64,000 nt of DNA from an uncultured Pseudomonadota bacterium (GTDB lineage: Bacteria; Pseudomonadota; Gammaproteobacteria; Ga0077536). The translations under genes and the position numbers were made by a program. Shown here piece by piece: positions 48,100-59,194 of this stretch. Location of the stretch: assembly GCA_902597385.1 (NCBI GenBank), contig CACJXQ010000002.1:20413-84412 (forward strand). Reading direction: 5' to 3'. The number at the start of each line of letters is the position of its first letter. Within the stretch, counting starts at the first letter, position 1. The notes beneath the pieces are model-generated. The model did no database searches. It saw only the letters and a list, made by a program, of their open reading frames with translations, and was not told where the DNA came from.

Positions 48100-50436
48100 T
48101 TACTCAAACGGATCAGTATATCCTTCTATTCCGCGCTCAATAAAGGATTCAGAGCGTCTTCCGAAGCCTCCTAGGCCTCTGAAGTGGATTTGCATGTATA
48201 TGGCATTGTCGTAAATCACTTCAGAAATATTGGAGTTTTTTAAGAAGCGGCGAGCCACCAGTCTCGCTCCCCAACAGCAACTTTCAAACTCAATGCCGCC
48301 AAAAGTATCGACAGACGATTTCTCTTCCAAAGAATAACTCCATCTCCCTATCAACGCTAAGCTATCTGTCACCGGCATTCGAGCAGATAAATCAGTCTGT
48401 CTTATATCATTTTGAAACTCAAATTTCCTTTTTCTCTGCCTGTAACGTAAATTCAATACGGTATCTAAATTAGGTTGAAACCTAAGAGATACTCCGGATT
48501 TATCGGCCCTTCCTTTATCGGGATTCCATCTCAAGTTTCCTCTAAGAGTTAAGCCATCCAAAGGGTTGGCAATTGTTTCGAAAAGTATTTCCGAAGTGTC
48601 CTCTTGTTCTATATTGCCTCCTGGTAGAGTTACTTTCCGATCTCGAAAATAATAAATTTGGCCGAGATTTAGTTTGAGGATTTCTCTACCATTTAGCCTA
48701 TCTAAGATACGGCTTGTAACAGCAATGGTAAGCTGATTGGCATCTCCTACTCGCGCGTTGCCAGAAAATCTATTATCTCGAAATATACTCGCAAAGGTGG
48801 TGTCGTAAATACCACTTCCGAAGTTCGGAATGTGATCGTAATTTGTATTTGGAATTAACAGATAGAAAAGACGAGGCTCCAAAGTTTGAAGTAAATTGGT
48901 TTCTCCCAAGACGATGTTTCTTTCGCTAAAGAGCCTTCCATCGATACTGAATTTTGGCACTGTATATGACTCGCTGTCGTCGAATACTCTGGCCGGATCA
49001 TCCAGAAAATATTGGTTATGCTGAACCTCAGCTTTCGTCGTTAAATTGAGGTAAGATTTTGTTAAGTTGTGTTCGAGTCTCGGTCTCAAGCTTAAAATAT
49101 TTCCAGTTAAGCTATTGCCTCGGTGGTAATTGACAAACTGTCCCCCTAAGAGAAATCGCAGGTTACCATAGTTTTCATACCAACTCCCTATACCCGGTGT
49201 ATTGAGGTAATAATAGAGATGAGGCAGGGTTTTGTATGGTGAGAATTGAGGGGGAAGCGTGCGGTCGGTTGACTGATAGTTCCTGAAATACGCGTATACC
49301 GATTGTCTTTCGCCTAAGTACCTTAGGTCTACGAACTGTTCCAGAAACCGAGTACTCGTGGACCCGGTATCATTGCCAAAGTCTAAGAAAAATTCATCGT
49401 CCGATACACTATTGAAATCCACCTTCAGATAGTATTTTCCTCCTTGATACCATTGCTGATGATCAATGCTTACGAAGGAGCGAGCATCACCATCTTTTAG
49501 ATCGTCATCTGGCAGTATTTGAAAATTAGTTTCTCCTTCATAATTTTTGCCCAAGTACCGAAATTCTGTGTCGAATAAAGTTCCTCTTTTAGACATTACA
49601 CGGGGAGTTATAGTCGCATCCTTATCAGCTGCAATATTCCAATAATAAGGGATCTGCCCTACAAACCCTGATTCGTTGGAATTACCGAGGGCAGGAGAAA
49701 GAAATCCGGATTTTCTTTCATCGCTTATGGGGAAACTGATGATCGGGAAGTAAAAGACGGGGGTGTCCTTTACAAAAAGCACTGCTTGTTTTGCAGTACC
49801 TCTATCTGTCACGTGATTCAAATTTAATGCTGCGGCGGACAACCTCCAGAATTCATCCTCGAAAGGGCAGGTGCTATATTCTATTTTCTCTAAATCAGTC
49901 TTTTGAGTAATACGGTTATTGATAATTTTCTTCGCCTTTCCCCGACCCATACCGTTTTTGTTCCAAAATCTACCGTTCTCTAGAGTGGATACTCGCTTAT
50001 CTAAATCATAACTTGCTGACTCACCCGACCAAAGAACTCCCGCATCCCAGATGTGGGCCCTACCCTCAGCATTAAAGACCTTGGTTCTAGGATCGTATGT
50101 TACTACCTCTGCAGCGATACTTCTTTGGTCCCTTATAACCTCGACCTCTCCACTAAAATGATTTAATCCGTCTTCCGTTAGACGAGAATTTTCTGCTCTA
50201 ATCTCAATCTCTTTGGGGTCCCTTTCGGCATCGGAGTACTGCGGTCTCTTGGGTAACGCTTGTGTGGAAGGACAGAGCCTCCATTGATAGTTTGAGTCTC
50301 GTTCACCCCAACCCTCATCAGATTGAGCACAAACTGAAAGAGGGAGTATTGAGCTGGTTAATGCTAAGATGATTCCTCTCCACCCAAGGAAATCGAGAGA
50401 AATATTGAGAGGTTTTATTAGATAAAATTTCGTCAA
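48100..50436 (-). CDS. lptD: LPS-assembly outer-membrane protein LptD
   Basis: 778 aa. It has the N-terminal OstA-like region and a large beta-barrel ending in aromatic-rich strands. It is in the conserved lptD-surA-pdxA-rsmA order. The TTG start is uncertain. Confidence 0.9.
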   Translation of the reverse strand: MTKFYLIKPLNISLDFLGWRGIILALTSSILPLSVCAQSDEGWGERDSNYQWRLCPSTQALPKRPQYSDAERDPKEIEIRAENSRLTEDGLNHFSGEVEVIRDQRSIAAEVVTYDPRTKVFNAEGRAHIWDAGVLWSGESASYDLDKRVSTLENGRFWNKNGMGRGKAKKIINNRITQKTDLEKIEYSTCPFEDEFWRLSAAALNLNHVTDRGTAKQAVLFVKDTPVFYFPIISFPISDERKSGFLSPALGNSNESGFVGQIPYYWNIAADKDATITPRVMSKRGTLFDTEFRYLGKNYEGETNFQILPDDDLKDGDARSFVSIDHQQWYQGGKYYLKVDFNSVSDDEFFLDFGNDTGSTSTRFLEQFVDLRYLGERQSVYAYFRNYQSTDRTLPPQFSPYKTLPHLYYYLNTPGIGSWYENYGNLRFLLGGQFVNYHRGNSLTGNILSLRPRLEHNLTKSYLNLTTKAEVQHNQYFLDDPARVFDDSESYTVPKFSIDGRLFSERNIVLGETNLLQTLEPRLFYLLIPNTNYDHIPNFGSGIYDTTFASIFRDNRFSGNARVGDANQLTIAVTSRILDRLNGREILKLNLGQIYYFRDRKVTLPGGNIEQEDTSEILFETIANPLDGLTLRGNLRWNPDKGRADKSGVSLRFQPNLDTVLNLRYRQRKRKFEFQNDIRQTDLSARMPVTDSLALIGRWSYSLEEKSSVDTFGGIEFESCCWGARLVARRFLKNSNISEVIYDNAIYMQIHFRGLGGFGRRSESFIERGIEGYTDPFE

Positions 50437-50475
50437 CTTAAAGACTCTTGTTGGTGTAAAAATGCTATTTCCATT

Positions 50476-51066
50476 TTAATGTAAAGTGGTGTATTTCTCA
50501 GGATTTACATATTTAGATATATATTTTTCTACTAATGATAGTTTCTTAGCTCCCGTATCTTCCCTTAGAATAGAATATCTCTCGATGGGGTCTAGATAGA
50601 TAAGAGATGCTATCTCGTAGGCGATTTCGGTAGCGGATTTAGAGCTAGCCGTAACTTTTAGCAGATCATAGAGCCCATTCGTTTCCAAGCTTTTTTTTAA
50701 GAAGCCGAACTCTTCATCAGACAGTTCTGAGTCGAAATCATTGATAAAAGTAGTTTCCGCTATTATGAGACCATTGCTTTTACTAGCGGGTTGGTCTATC
50801 AGAACCTTCTGTGAGCCTTTAATAATGATATGTAGAGTTGTGTCTTCTCTTTTATCCCATTCCACGATATTCGCGGTGGTGCCAATCGCGGTTAGATGCT
50901 CCTCAGTTTGATTATTTTTTAGTACAGGGCTTAGCACGAAGGGCTCTTCGACACGTAGACAATTAGCTACCATATCCAAATAACGGGCTTCAAAAATTCT
51001 CAGTGGCAGGTATTCCCCTGGAAGCAGGACCAATGGTAAAGGGAAAATCGCAAGCTCAGTTTTCAT
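50476..51066 (-). CDS. LON N-terminal (substrate-binding) domain protein
   Basis: 196 aa. LAIFPLPLVLLPGEYLPLRIFEARYLDMV is the LON_substr_bdg start motif. It overlaps the mpl end by 4 nt. Confidence 0.75.
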   Translation of the reverse strand: MKTELAIFPLPLVLLPGEYLPLRIFEARYLDMVANCLRVEEPFVLSPVLKNNQTEEHLTAIGTTANIVEWDKREDTTLHIIIKGSQKVLIDQPASKSNGLIIAETTFINDFDSELSDEEFGFLKKSLETNGLYDLLKVTASSKSATEIAYEIASLIYLDPIERYSILREDTGAKKLSLVEKYISKYVNPEKYTTLH

Positions 51067-52430
51067 ATTTCTTTTCCTTTTAGTGCCTCTAGCAACAGAT
51101 CATGTAATCCTTCAGAACTTCCATTACTCATTACAAGTACATAGTCTCCTTCCGAGCAGTTTGTTGCTAAAAACTTCGCCAGTTTTAATGCGCTATCCCA
51201 ACAACCAATAAACTTTTTTTCATCAAAGTAATCTTCAGGTTTCCATTGTAGTTCGTTATTGCGGTAAATACCTACCTTATCAGCAGATTTTGTGGCGAAG
51301 TTAAGTTTATTTTTGTGGAGCCCCATCCTCATACTATTGGAACTGGGTTCAATGATTGCGAAGAGTTGGTTTTCCATACCGACTACCCTTTTCAGAGCGT
51401 TTAGACTTGCGCGGATTGCGGTGGGGTGGTGGGCAAAATCGTCATAAATTGAGACACCGCCGATTATTCCTTTTTGCTCCATTCTTCTTTTTGCATTGCG
51501 GAAGCTTTTGACACTTTCTAAAGAGGCCTCTACAGGTAGTCCTGCACACTCACATGCCAAGATTGCCGCTGCTTGGTTTTCTGCATTATGTTGGCCTAAC
51601 CCTATCTGCCTTCCCGCAAATATTTTTTTACCACGCGAAAAGCCTATAGACTGATTTGAGGTTTTATTATACGAATACTGCAGGTCAGCTCCTGATTTAG
51701 GACCGAATGTCCTCAATGAAGACCAACAACCTTTATTTATCAGTCTATCAATAGAATTTGATCTATGAGGGCGAATAATGTGTGCGTTGGAAGGCATCGC
51801 TCTTACCATGTAATGAAACTGATCTATGATTTGTGCCAAATTACTGAATATATCAGCGTGGTCGAACTCAAGATTATTTATGATCAAGATATCCGGGTCA
51901 TAATGGGCGAACTTAGACCTTTTATCAAAAAATGCCGAATCATATTCATCGCCTTCTATAACGAAAAATTTCCCATCACCGAGTTCAGCGGAACGTGGGA
52001 AATTGCCTGGTACCCCGCCGATGAGGAAACCTGGATGGAATCCGTTTTCTTCCAGGATCCATGCGATTAAGCTCGCTACAGTAGTTTTACCGTGAGTGCC
52101 GGAAACCACAATCCTCTCTCTGTCCTTTAGTACTTCCTGATTGAGCCATGCGGGTCCTGAGGTAAAGTTTATTTTCTCATTTAATATTTTTTCAATGATT
52201 GGCTGACCTCTCGATAATGAGTTGCCAATTATCACTAGGTCAGTATTTTCCGGAATGGAGTTTTCCAAATAGCCGTAATTAACGGGAATTCCTAATTTTT
52301 CTATCTGAGTGCTCATAGGTGGATATATCTTTTTTTTCTCGCTTCCCGTGACTGAGTGTCCAAGTTGCTTGGCAAGCCCAGCAAGGCCCGCCATAAATGT
52401 ACCGCCGACTCCTAAAATATGAATGTTCAC
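51063..52430 (-). CDS. mpl: UDP-N-acetylmuramate:L-alanyl-gamma-D-glutamyl-meso-diaminopimelate ligase
   Basis: 455 aa. IHILGVGGTFMAGLAGLAKQLGHSVTGSE...VSGTHGKTT...DDFAHHPTAI. GTG start. Confidence 0.92.
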   Translation of the reverse strand: MNIHILGVGGTFMAGLAGLAKQLGHSVTGSEKKKIYPPMSTQIEKLGIPVNYGYLENSIPENTDLVIIGNSLSRGQPIIEKILNEKINFTSGPAWLNQEVLKDRERIVVSGTHGKTTVASLIAWILEENGFHPGFLIGGVPGNFPRSAELGDGKFFVIEGDEYDSAFFDKRSKFAHYDPDILIINNLEFDHADIFSNLAQIIDQFHYMVRAMPSNAHIIRPHRSNSIDRLINKGCWSSLRTFGPKSGADLQYSYNKTSNQSIGFSRGKKIFAGRQIGLGQHNAENQAAAILACECAGLPVEASLESVKSFRNAKRRMEQKGIIGGVSIYDDFAHHPTAIRASLNALKRVVGMENQLFAIIEPSSNSMRMGLHKNKLNFATKSADKVGIYRNNELQWKPEDYFDEKKFIGCWDSALKLAKFLATNCSEGDYVLVMSNGSSEGLHDLLLEALKGKEI

Positions 52431-52455
52431 TTTCTGATAGCCTTATTAAAGATCT

Positions 52456-52896
52456 TTAATTTAGGTTTGGTTGAGTAAAGTAATTTTCGACTACTATCAC
52501 TAATTGATTGAGGCTGAATGCGTAGACGACCGATAGTAGGCCAGCTTGAAAATAGTGGATTTCCAAAGAGTGTTTTAAGATGTTTGTCAGAATTGATAAA
52601 TTCCAAAAAAATATGGAAAGCCGCACTAAAAGGTTAGGAGAAGGGTGGATTATGAGCACAAAAACTACGACGGCGCCTACTATGACACCTGAACCCATCA
52701 CGGCTGTTAAGGTCTGCATCAATCGCAGTTCATGGCCTAAAAAAAGCAGCAGTGTACTTGTGATAGTGATAACAAATATTAACTCGGTCAAAGCTGCATT
52801 CAAGGAGTTGATTGTACAACTGATTAGAAAACTCAAGGTCGAGGTTAGTGTCAGAAGGAAAAAAGACTTAGGTAAAATTTGCGGACCATGCTTCAA
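52456..52896 (-). CDS. hypothetical integral membrane protein
   Basis: 146 aa with about 4 hydrophobic segments. No motif is recognised. It is co-directional with mpl and ispG. Confidence 0.4.
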   Translation of the reverse strand: MKHGPQILPKSFFLLTLTSTLSFLISCTINSLNAALTELIFVITITSTLLLFLGHELRLMQTLTAVMGSGVIVGAVVVFVLIIHPSPNLLVRLSIFFWNLSILTNILKHSLEIHYFQAGLLSVVYAFSLNQLVIVVENYFTQPNLN

Positions 52897-52965
52897 TATG
52901 CAGATGAGCCAGAAGGCTTTAATTAGACTATTGATTTTTCTTAAACTCCAACTAATGCAAGTAAC

Positions 52966-54195
52966 CTAACTAGTCCCAAATCGAGTTCGGACGTAATTGT
53001 TTAGGATTTCCATAAATTCGTCCGCGATGTCATCCCCACGTAAAGTTTTGAACTTCTTTCCGTCAACGAAAACTGGAGCAGCCGGTGATTCTCCTGTTCC
53101 CGGGAGACTGATTCCTACATCAGCGTGCTTACTTTCTCCAGGTCCGTTGACAACACAGCCCATGACAGCCAGTGTCATTTCCTCAACACCTGGATATTTC
53201 TCTCTCCAAATTGGCATCTCTTGTCTTACGTATTTTTGTATGTTGCCAGCCAAACTTTGGAAAACTGTGCTTGTAGTTCTCCCACATCCGGGACACGCTG
53301 TAACCAGTGGGGAGAAAGATCGAATACCCATTGTTTGAAGAAGCTCCTGGGCGACAATCACCTCTTCCGAACGATCCCCGCCGGGCTCTGGGGTTAAGGA
53401 TACTCTAACAGTATCTCCGATCCCTTGTTGAAGCAGTACTCCAATTGAGACAGACGATGCAACTATTCCTTTCGAGCCCATTCCCGCCTCGGTTAATCCA
53501 AGGTGAAGAGGGTACTCGCATTTTTGAGCCAGGCGGCCGTAGACTGAGATCAAATCTTGCACCTCGCTTACTTTGCATGAAACAATAATCTGATCCTTAT
53601 TGAGGCCTATATCTTCGGCTCTTTGGGCACTGGTCAAGGCAGATTGAATAAGCGCGTCATGGGTTACCTCTCTGGATGTTTTAGGGTTTTTAAGTGAAGC
53701 ATTTTCATCCATCATTTTGGCAATCAAGGCAGGATCTAAGCTGCCCCAATTGACTCCGATTCGGACAGGCTTCTTGTGTCGGATAGCGGCTTCGATCATC
53801 GCGCTGAATTGTGAATCCTTCTTCCTACCAAACCCAACGTTTCCTGGATTTATTCTGTATTTGGACAGTGATTCGGCACATTCTGGATATTTTTTTAGCA
53901 GTTCGTGGCCGTTATAATGAAAATCGCCGATGATGGGAATTTTGCACCCGGTAGCTTCAAGTAGATTTTTTATTTTTGGAACCTGTTTAGCAGACTCCTC
54001 ATTGTTTACTGTAATCCTGACGAGCTCTGAGCCTGCAGTGGCTAGATTTTGAATCTGTTTTGCAGTGGATATAGCATCAGCAGTATCGGTATTTGTCATT
54101 GATTGAACTACGACTGGGGCATTGCCTCCTATCTCGACGTCATCAACAAAAACCGATATTGATTTTCGTCTTAATGATTGAAAACTGGGTTCCAT
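52966..54195 (-). CDS. ispG: 4-hydroxy-3-methylbut-2-en-1-yl diphosphate synthase (flavodoxin)
   Basis: 409 aa. [11 protein letters not shown]...RITVNN...INPGN...CPGCGRT...[10 protein letters not shown]. Confidence 0.95.
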   Translation of the reverse strand: MEPSFQSLRRKSISVFVDDVEIGGNAPVVVQSMTNTDTADAISTAKQIQNLATAGSELVRITVNNEESAKQVPKIKNLLEATGCKIPIIGDFHYNGHELLKKYPECAESLSKYRINPGNVGFGRKKDSQFSAMIEAAIRHKKPVRIGVNWGSLDPALIAKMMDENASLKNPKTSREVTHDALIQSALTSAQRAEDIGLNKDQIIVSCKVSEVQDLISVYGRLAQKCEYPLHLGLTEAGMGSKGIVASSVSIGVLLQQGIGDTVRVSLTPEPGGDRSEEVIVAQELLQTMGIRSFSPLVTACPGCGRTTSTVFQSLAGNIQKYVRQEMPIWREKYPGVEEMTLAVMGCVVNGPGESKHADVGISLPGTGESPAAPVFVDGKKFKTLRGDDIADEFMEILNNYVRTRFGTS

Positions 54196-54328
54196 TTATA
54201 CGCTCTTAATCGCAATTTTTAGATATAATATACCACCGAACCTCGACTTTCTATTGCATTACGATCGAACAAGGCTAAAATACCAAATAGTGGTTGACGT
54301 ATTAATCTCAGAGAGGCCCCTTGAGCTT

Positions 54329-54724
54329 ATGGATAAAGTGAAAAAGACCAAAGCGGAGTGGAAAGAAATTTTGACTGAAGAAGCCTTCTATATATGCCGA
54401 GAGAAGGGCACGGAAAGACCGTTTTCTGGAGAATATAATTCTCATAAAAAAAAGGGGATTTATTCCTGTGTATGTTGTGGTGCCACTTTGTTCAGCTCGG
54501 AGCATAAGTATGAATCCGGATCTGGATGGCCCAGTTTTTGGGCTGCGGCAGGAAAAGACGCAATCAATAATTTATCCGATTTATCCCATGGGATGCGAAG
54601 GACTGAGGTTGTCTGTAGCTACTGTGATTCGCATTTGGGGCATGTTTTCGAGGATGGGCCCGAACCCAGCGGTCTACGCTATTGCATAAATTCGGTTTCT
54701 TTGCATTTCAACGAGGAGGAATAG
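54329..54724 (+). CDS. msrB: peptide-methionine (R)-S-oxide reductase
   Basis: Start trimmed to ATG 54329. [18 protein letters not shown]...CVCCG...GWPSF...[12 protein letters not shown]...RYCINS. Confidence 0.93.
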   Translation: MDKVKKTKAEWKEILTEEAFYICREKGTERPFSGEYNSHKKKGIYSCVCCGATLFSSEHKYESGSGWPSFWAAAGKDAINNLSDLSHGMRRTEVVCSYCDSHLGHVFEDGPEPSGLRYCINSVSLHFNEEE

Positions 54725-54750
54725 AAGAGGGTATGTTAAGACTATCCAAA

Positions 54751-55317
54751 TTATGCCCTGGGTAGAGTTACACCTTTTTGACCTTGATATTTTCCGTCTC
54801 GATCAGCGTAGGATACTGAGCAAGTTTCATCAGCTTTTAAAAAGATTACTTGTGCTACTCCCTCGTTTGCGTAGATTTTTGCTGGTAACGGTGTAGTGTT
54901 AGAAAATTCAAGCGTGACATGGCCTTCCCATTCGGGCTCAAGAGGTGTCACATTCACTATAATGCCACAGCGAGCGTAAGTAGATTTCCCAAGACAGATC
55001 GTGAGCACATCTCTTGGAATTCTAAAATACTCGACCGTCCTCGCTAGGGCAAATGAATTAGGAGGGATGATACAAACATTATTTTCTATTTCGACAAAAT
55101 TTTGCTCGTCAAATGCCTTCGGATCAACTACCGAAGCATTGATATTAGTGAAAATTTTGAACTCAGGTGCGCAACGAATATCATATCCGTAGCTTGATGT
55201 TCCGAACGAGATGACTTTCCCACTAGAATTTTCTCTTATTTGATTTGGTTCAAAGGGCTCTATCATCCTATGACCTTCAGCCATTCTTCTTATCCACACA
55301 TCAGATCGTATGCTCAT
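54751..55317 (-). CDS. dcd: dCTP deaminase
   Basis: 188 aa. SSYGYDIRC...[31 protein letters not shown] pattern. Confidence 0.95.
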   Translation of the reverse strand: MSIRSDVWIRRMAEGHRMIEPFEPNQIRENSSGKVISFGTSSYGYDIRCAPEFKIFTNINASVVDPKAFDEQNFVEIENNVCIIPPNSFALARTVEYFRIPRDVLTICLGKSTYARCGIIVNVTPLEPEWEGHVTLEFSNTTPLPAKIYANEGVAQVIFLKADETCSVSYADRDGKYQGQKGVTLPRA

Positions 55318-55339
55318 TTATTCTTCCTCTTGTTTTGCA

Positions 55340-56425
55340 CTACGTATTCTGTACCACAATATTTGGAAATTTAGAGCTATGATCTTTAGCCTTCATTGAT
55401 AATTTTGCCGTCATTTTCATGCCAATCTCTCGGTAATTTAAAGCGATCTCTGAATCTGGCTGAAATGCAGTAGTCGGTCTGCCACCATCCGCATTTTTTC
55501 GGATATCTATATCGAGCGGTAGTTGTCCTAGTAAATCTACGCCATATTGTTTCGCCATGGTAGAACCGCCATCGGATCCAAAGATATGTTCTACATGGCC
55601 GCATTGACTGCATTTGTACATACTCATATTTTCTATTATACCTAGGACTGAGACGTTAACTTTTTCAAACATTTTTAAAGCCTTTTTAGCGTCTAAAAGG
55701 GCAATATCTTGCGGGGTAGTTACAATAACTGCTCCACTGACTGGGATTTTCTGACAGAGAGTGAGTTGAATATCTCCTGTACCGGGTGGCAGGTCGACGA
55801 GTAGATAGTCCAAATTATCCCAAGCAGTTTCATTAAGGAGTTGCTCTAAAGCCCCGGTCACCATCGGGCCACGCCAAATCATAGGGGTGTCTTCTTCGAC
55901 TAAATTTCCTATCGATATTGTTTGTATATTGTAGCTAATGATTGGGAGCATTTTTTTTCCATCCCTGGTGTCCGGTTTTCCTTGACTACCGAGCATTTTC
56001 GTTTGACTAGGGCCATAAATATCTGCGTCCAAGACTCCTACCGTGGCTCCCTCCTGTTCCAAAGCTATGGCGAGATTAGCAGTTGTTGTTGACTTTCCTA
56101 CCCCTCCTTTTCCCGAGGCCACCGCAATTACATTCTTAATTTCTTTTAAGGGCTTTGTTCCTTTTTGAACAGACCGGGCTTCAATTTTCTGTTTTATATT
56201 TATTCTGATGTCGTGTTCTACAACAGTTTTTAGTTTTTCTACGATGCTCTTTTCAACTGTAGCCTTATAAGTCTTTATGGGAAATCCGAATTCGAGTTCT
56301 ATCCTCCAAGTGTTATCGGAAAGAGCGATTTCTTTTATGGTTTCTAAATCCACTAAGTTGGAATTCAGGTAGGGGACTTCAATTGTTTTTAAGGCCTCAA
56401 TAAGTTTTTCTTCTTCCGTATTCAT
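55340..56425 (-). CDS. apbC: iron-sulfur cluster carrier ATPase ApbC/Mrp
   Basis: 361 aa. VASGKGGVGKSTTTANLA, DLPPGTGD and the CSQCGH cluster-binding Cys pair. Confidence 0.93.
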   Translation of the reverse strand: MNTEEEKLIEALKTIEVPYLNSNLVDLETIKEIALSDNTWRIELEFGFPIKTYKATVEKSIVEKLKTVVEHDIRINIKQKIEARSVQKGTKPLKEIKNVIAVASGKGGVGKSTTTANLAIALEQEGATVGVLDADIYGPSQTKMLGSQGKPDTRDGKKMLPIISYNIQTISIGNLVEEDTPMIWRGPMVTGALEQLLNETAWDNLDYLLVDLPPGTGDIQLTLCQKIPVSGAVIVTTPQDIALLDAKKALKMFEKVNVSVLGIIENMSMYKCSQCGHVEHIFGSDGGSTMAKQYGVDLLGQLPLDIDIRKNADGGRPTTAFQPDSEIALNYREIGMKMTAKLSMKAKDHSSKFPNIVVQNT

Positions 56426-56564
56426 GATGTCAGATTTGCTCTAGTGTTTGTAAAATGTTTTAGACGAGTATTTAGTAGTACAATATTACAGCATCTGCTC
56501 GTATACATAAATAAAGCTAGGTTGCGGCAGTAATTAAGACGACTCAAAAGGTAATCAAGATCGA

Positions 56565-58562
56565 ATGAAAAATCGAAAAATACTGGTAACTAGCGCTTTG
56601 CCGTACGCAAATGGTCCTATACACATTGGACATTTAGTAGAGTATATTCAAACTGATATTTGGGTGAGATTTCAGAAAATGTGTGGGCATGAGTGTTATT
56701 ATATCTGCGCCAGTGATGCCCACGGCACTCCCATAATGCTGAAGGCTGAAGAAGAAGGGATTTCACCGGAGACTTTGGTTGCGAAGACACGAGAGGAACA
56801 TCTTGAACATTTTTCTGGATTCTCGATCGAATTTGATAATTTCCACACCACACATTCTGACGAAAACAAACATATAGTTGAGCAAATTTACAGTTCTCTG
56901 CTTGACGAAGGCCATATAAAAAAACAACCTGTTCAGCAGTTTTTTGATCCGGTAAAAACTATGTTTTTACCGGACCGTTTTATTCGAGGTACTTGCCCCT
57001 CGTGTGGTGCGCCAGATCAGTATGGGGATAGTTGCGAAAAGTGCGGTTCCACCTATTCACCTTTAGACCTGATAGACCCAAGGTCTGTTTTAACGTCCAG
57101 TCCTCCAGAGATTAAGGAGTCAGAACATCTTTTTTTCTCTCTGAATACTTTTACCGACGTATTGTTGAACTGGATGGAAGGCGCTGATTTACATCCCAGC
57201 GTTAAGAATAAACTAAATGAATGGTTCAAGATCGGATTAAAAGACTGGGATATTTCTCGCGATGAACCTTACTTCGGTTTCAAGATCCCAGATAACCCAG
57301 GCAAATATTTTTACGTTTGGTTGGATGCGCCCATAGGATATCTGGGGAGCTTTAAAAACTTTTGTGAAAAAAAGGGTATGAACTTTGATTATCTAGTCCG
57401 TGAATCGGCAGACTTGGAGATGTTCCATTTTGTGGGTAAGGATATAATGTATTTCCATACCTTATTTTGGCCCGCTCTATTGAGTGCCTCAGGCTTTAAG
57501 CTACCGAGTAATGTTTTCGTTCACGGATTTTTGACTGTTAACGGTCAGAAGATGTCAAAGTCCCGGGGTACTTTTATCACTGCGAAGCAATATCTGGAAA
57601 ATCTGGACCCTGAGCATCTACGTTACTATTTTGCCGCGAAAATAGGCTCCTCAATTGAAGACATTGATTTAAGTTTGGAAGATTATACTTTTAGGGTTAA
57701 CGCTGATTTAGTCGGTAAGTTTGTAAACATCGGTAGTCGATGCGCTGGGTTTTTAGAAAAGAATTTCGCTGGTCGTTTAGGTGGGTCAGTCGAGAATTCA
57801 GGGCTGCTCGAGAAATTTCAACAATCCTTCGGCGTAATATCTGAAGGCTACGAAAAGAGGGAATATAGAAAAGTTATTCGTGTAGTAATGGGGCTTGCTG
57901 ATGATTCAAATAGATATATTGATGAGAAAAAGCCCTGGAAAATTGCGAAGGATCAGTCAAGAAATGGAGAACTTCACGACGTTATTACCCAGGGAATTCT
58001 CATGTTCAGATTACTGGCGATTTATCTAAAACCGGTTTTGCCGGAACTGGTTGGGAAAGTTGAAAACTTTCTTAATGAGTCAAATCTAGTGTTCAGTGAT
58101 ATTTACAATGTGCCCCTCAATAAAAAAATTAATAAATTTGGTAGGTTGACGGACAGGATAACGCAAGAGAACGTAGATAATCTTCAAGCCAAACCCAAGG
58201 AAGGTAATATGCAAAAAGAAGATAAAGAAACCGAGCAGTATATTTCGATCGAGGATTTCAAGAAGATAGATTTCCGGGTGGCTACTATCACTGCCGCTAA
58301 AGAGATCGAGAAGTCTGATAAATTAATAGAATTAGAATTAGATTTGGGCGATCGCACCAGCACTGTTTTCGCTGGGATAAAAGGAAAATATGAGGTGGCT
58401 GAGCTACTAGATAGAAAAGTTGTATGCGTAGCTAATTTAAAACCGAGGAAAATGCGATTTGGCATCTCGGAGGGAATGATCTTGGCTGCATCCGGAGATC
58501 AGGAGGGACTATTTCTATTGGGGCCTGATGATGGGGCTGAAACTGGTATGATTGTTTCGTAA
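56565..58562 (+). CDS. metG: methionine--tRNA ligase
   Basis: 665 aa. ALPYANGPIHIGHL (HIGH), zinc knuckles CPSCG/CEKCG, KMSKS, and a C-terminal tRNA-binding (EMAP-like) domain. Confidence 0.97.
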   Translation: MKNRKILVTSALPYANGPIHIGHLVEYIQTDIWVRFQKMCGHECYYICASDAHGTPIMLKAEEEGISPETLVAKTREEHLEHFSGFSIEFDNFHTTHSDENKHIVEQIYSSLLDEGHIKKQPVQQFFDPVKTMFLPDRFIRGTCPSCGAPDQYGDSCEKCGSTYSPLDLIDPRSVLTSSPPEIKESEHLFFSLNTFTDVLLNWMEGADLHPSVKNKLNEWFKIGLKDWDISRDEPYFGFKIPDNPGKYFYVWLDAPIGYLGSFKNFCEKKGMNFDYLVRESADLEMFHFVGKDIMYFHTLFWPALLSASGFKLPSNVFVHGFLTVNGQKMSKSRGTFITAKQYLENLDPEHLRYYFAAKIGSSIEDIDLSLEDYTFRVNADLVGKFVNIGSRCAGFLEKNFAGRLGGSVENSGLLEKFQQSFGVISEGYEKREYRKVIRVVMGLADDSNRYIDEKKPWKIAKDQSRNGELHDVITQGILMFRLLAIYLKPVLPELVGKVENFLNESNLVFSDIYNVPLNKKINKFGRLTDRITQENVDNLQAKPKEGNMQKEDKETEQYISIEDFKKIDFRVATITAAKEIEKSDKLIELELDLGDRTSTVFAGIKGKYEVAELLDRKVVCVANLKPRKMRFGISEGMILAASGDQEGLFLLGPDDGAETGMIVS

Positions 58563-58612
58563 ACAAAGTTCGCTTGTTCTTGGGAGCCTTCTGTTTGAAA
58601 AACCGTTTTTTT

Positions 58613-59194
58613 TTGCAGTCAGAGATTTTAGAGGTGCTGCCTAATACTCAATGTCAAAGGTGTGGTTGGGACACTTGTGCTGATTTTGCCGCTGGGCTTT
58701 TGGAAAGCAAGAGCTCTATAAATGATTGCTTGCCGGGTGGGGAGAGGGTGCGAAAAGCATTGGCAAAGTTGTTGGATCAGGAACTGGTTCCTCCTGGACC
58801 GATACTCAAGGAGGAGAAAGCTAGGGTAGCGTTCATAGATGAAAGTAACTGTATTGGATGCGCAAAGTGTCTACCAGTCTGTCCAGTAGATTCAATAATT
58901 GGACGCAAAGGAAAAACACACACAGTAGTGGAGCAATGGTGTACAGGATGCAAACTTTGTGCTTCAGCGTGTCCGACTGATTGTATAGACTTCGAGTCTT
59001 CTTTACTGAATGATATTGTGATTTCGAAAGAATCAGCTGCTTTGCGATTTTTTGAAAAGCAGCAGAGACTTGAAATCAAAAATAAGGATAAAGAAAAGGT
59101 CGAAAATTTCATCGAAGTTGAAGAAGATGTCAAACAGGAATATTTAACTAATCTATTATTAAAATTAGATAACGACTCGCCATCGGATGAATAA
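58613..59194 (+). CDS. RnfB/RsxB-like ferredoxin, stand-alone (no other rnf genes)
   Basis: The N-terminal Cys motif is LPNTQCQRCGWDTCADFA...CLPGG. Two 4Fe-4S motifs follow: CIGCAKCLPVCP and CTGCKLCASACP. Start placed at TTG 58613 by comparison with the usual N-terminal length (ORF-track start is 58574). The 3' end overlaps nth by 8 nt. Confidence 0.75.
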   Translation: MQSEILEVLPNTQCQRCGWDTCADFAAGLLESKSSINDCLPGGERVRKALAKLLDQELVPPGPILKEEKARVAFIDESNCIGCAKCLPVCPVDSIIGRKGKTHTVVEQWCTGCKLCASACPTDCIDFESSLLNDIVISKESAALRFFEKQQRLEIKNKDKEKVENFIEVEEDVKQEYLTNLLLKLDNDSPSDE

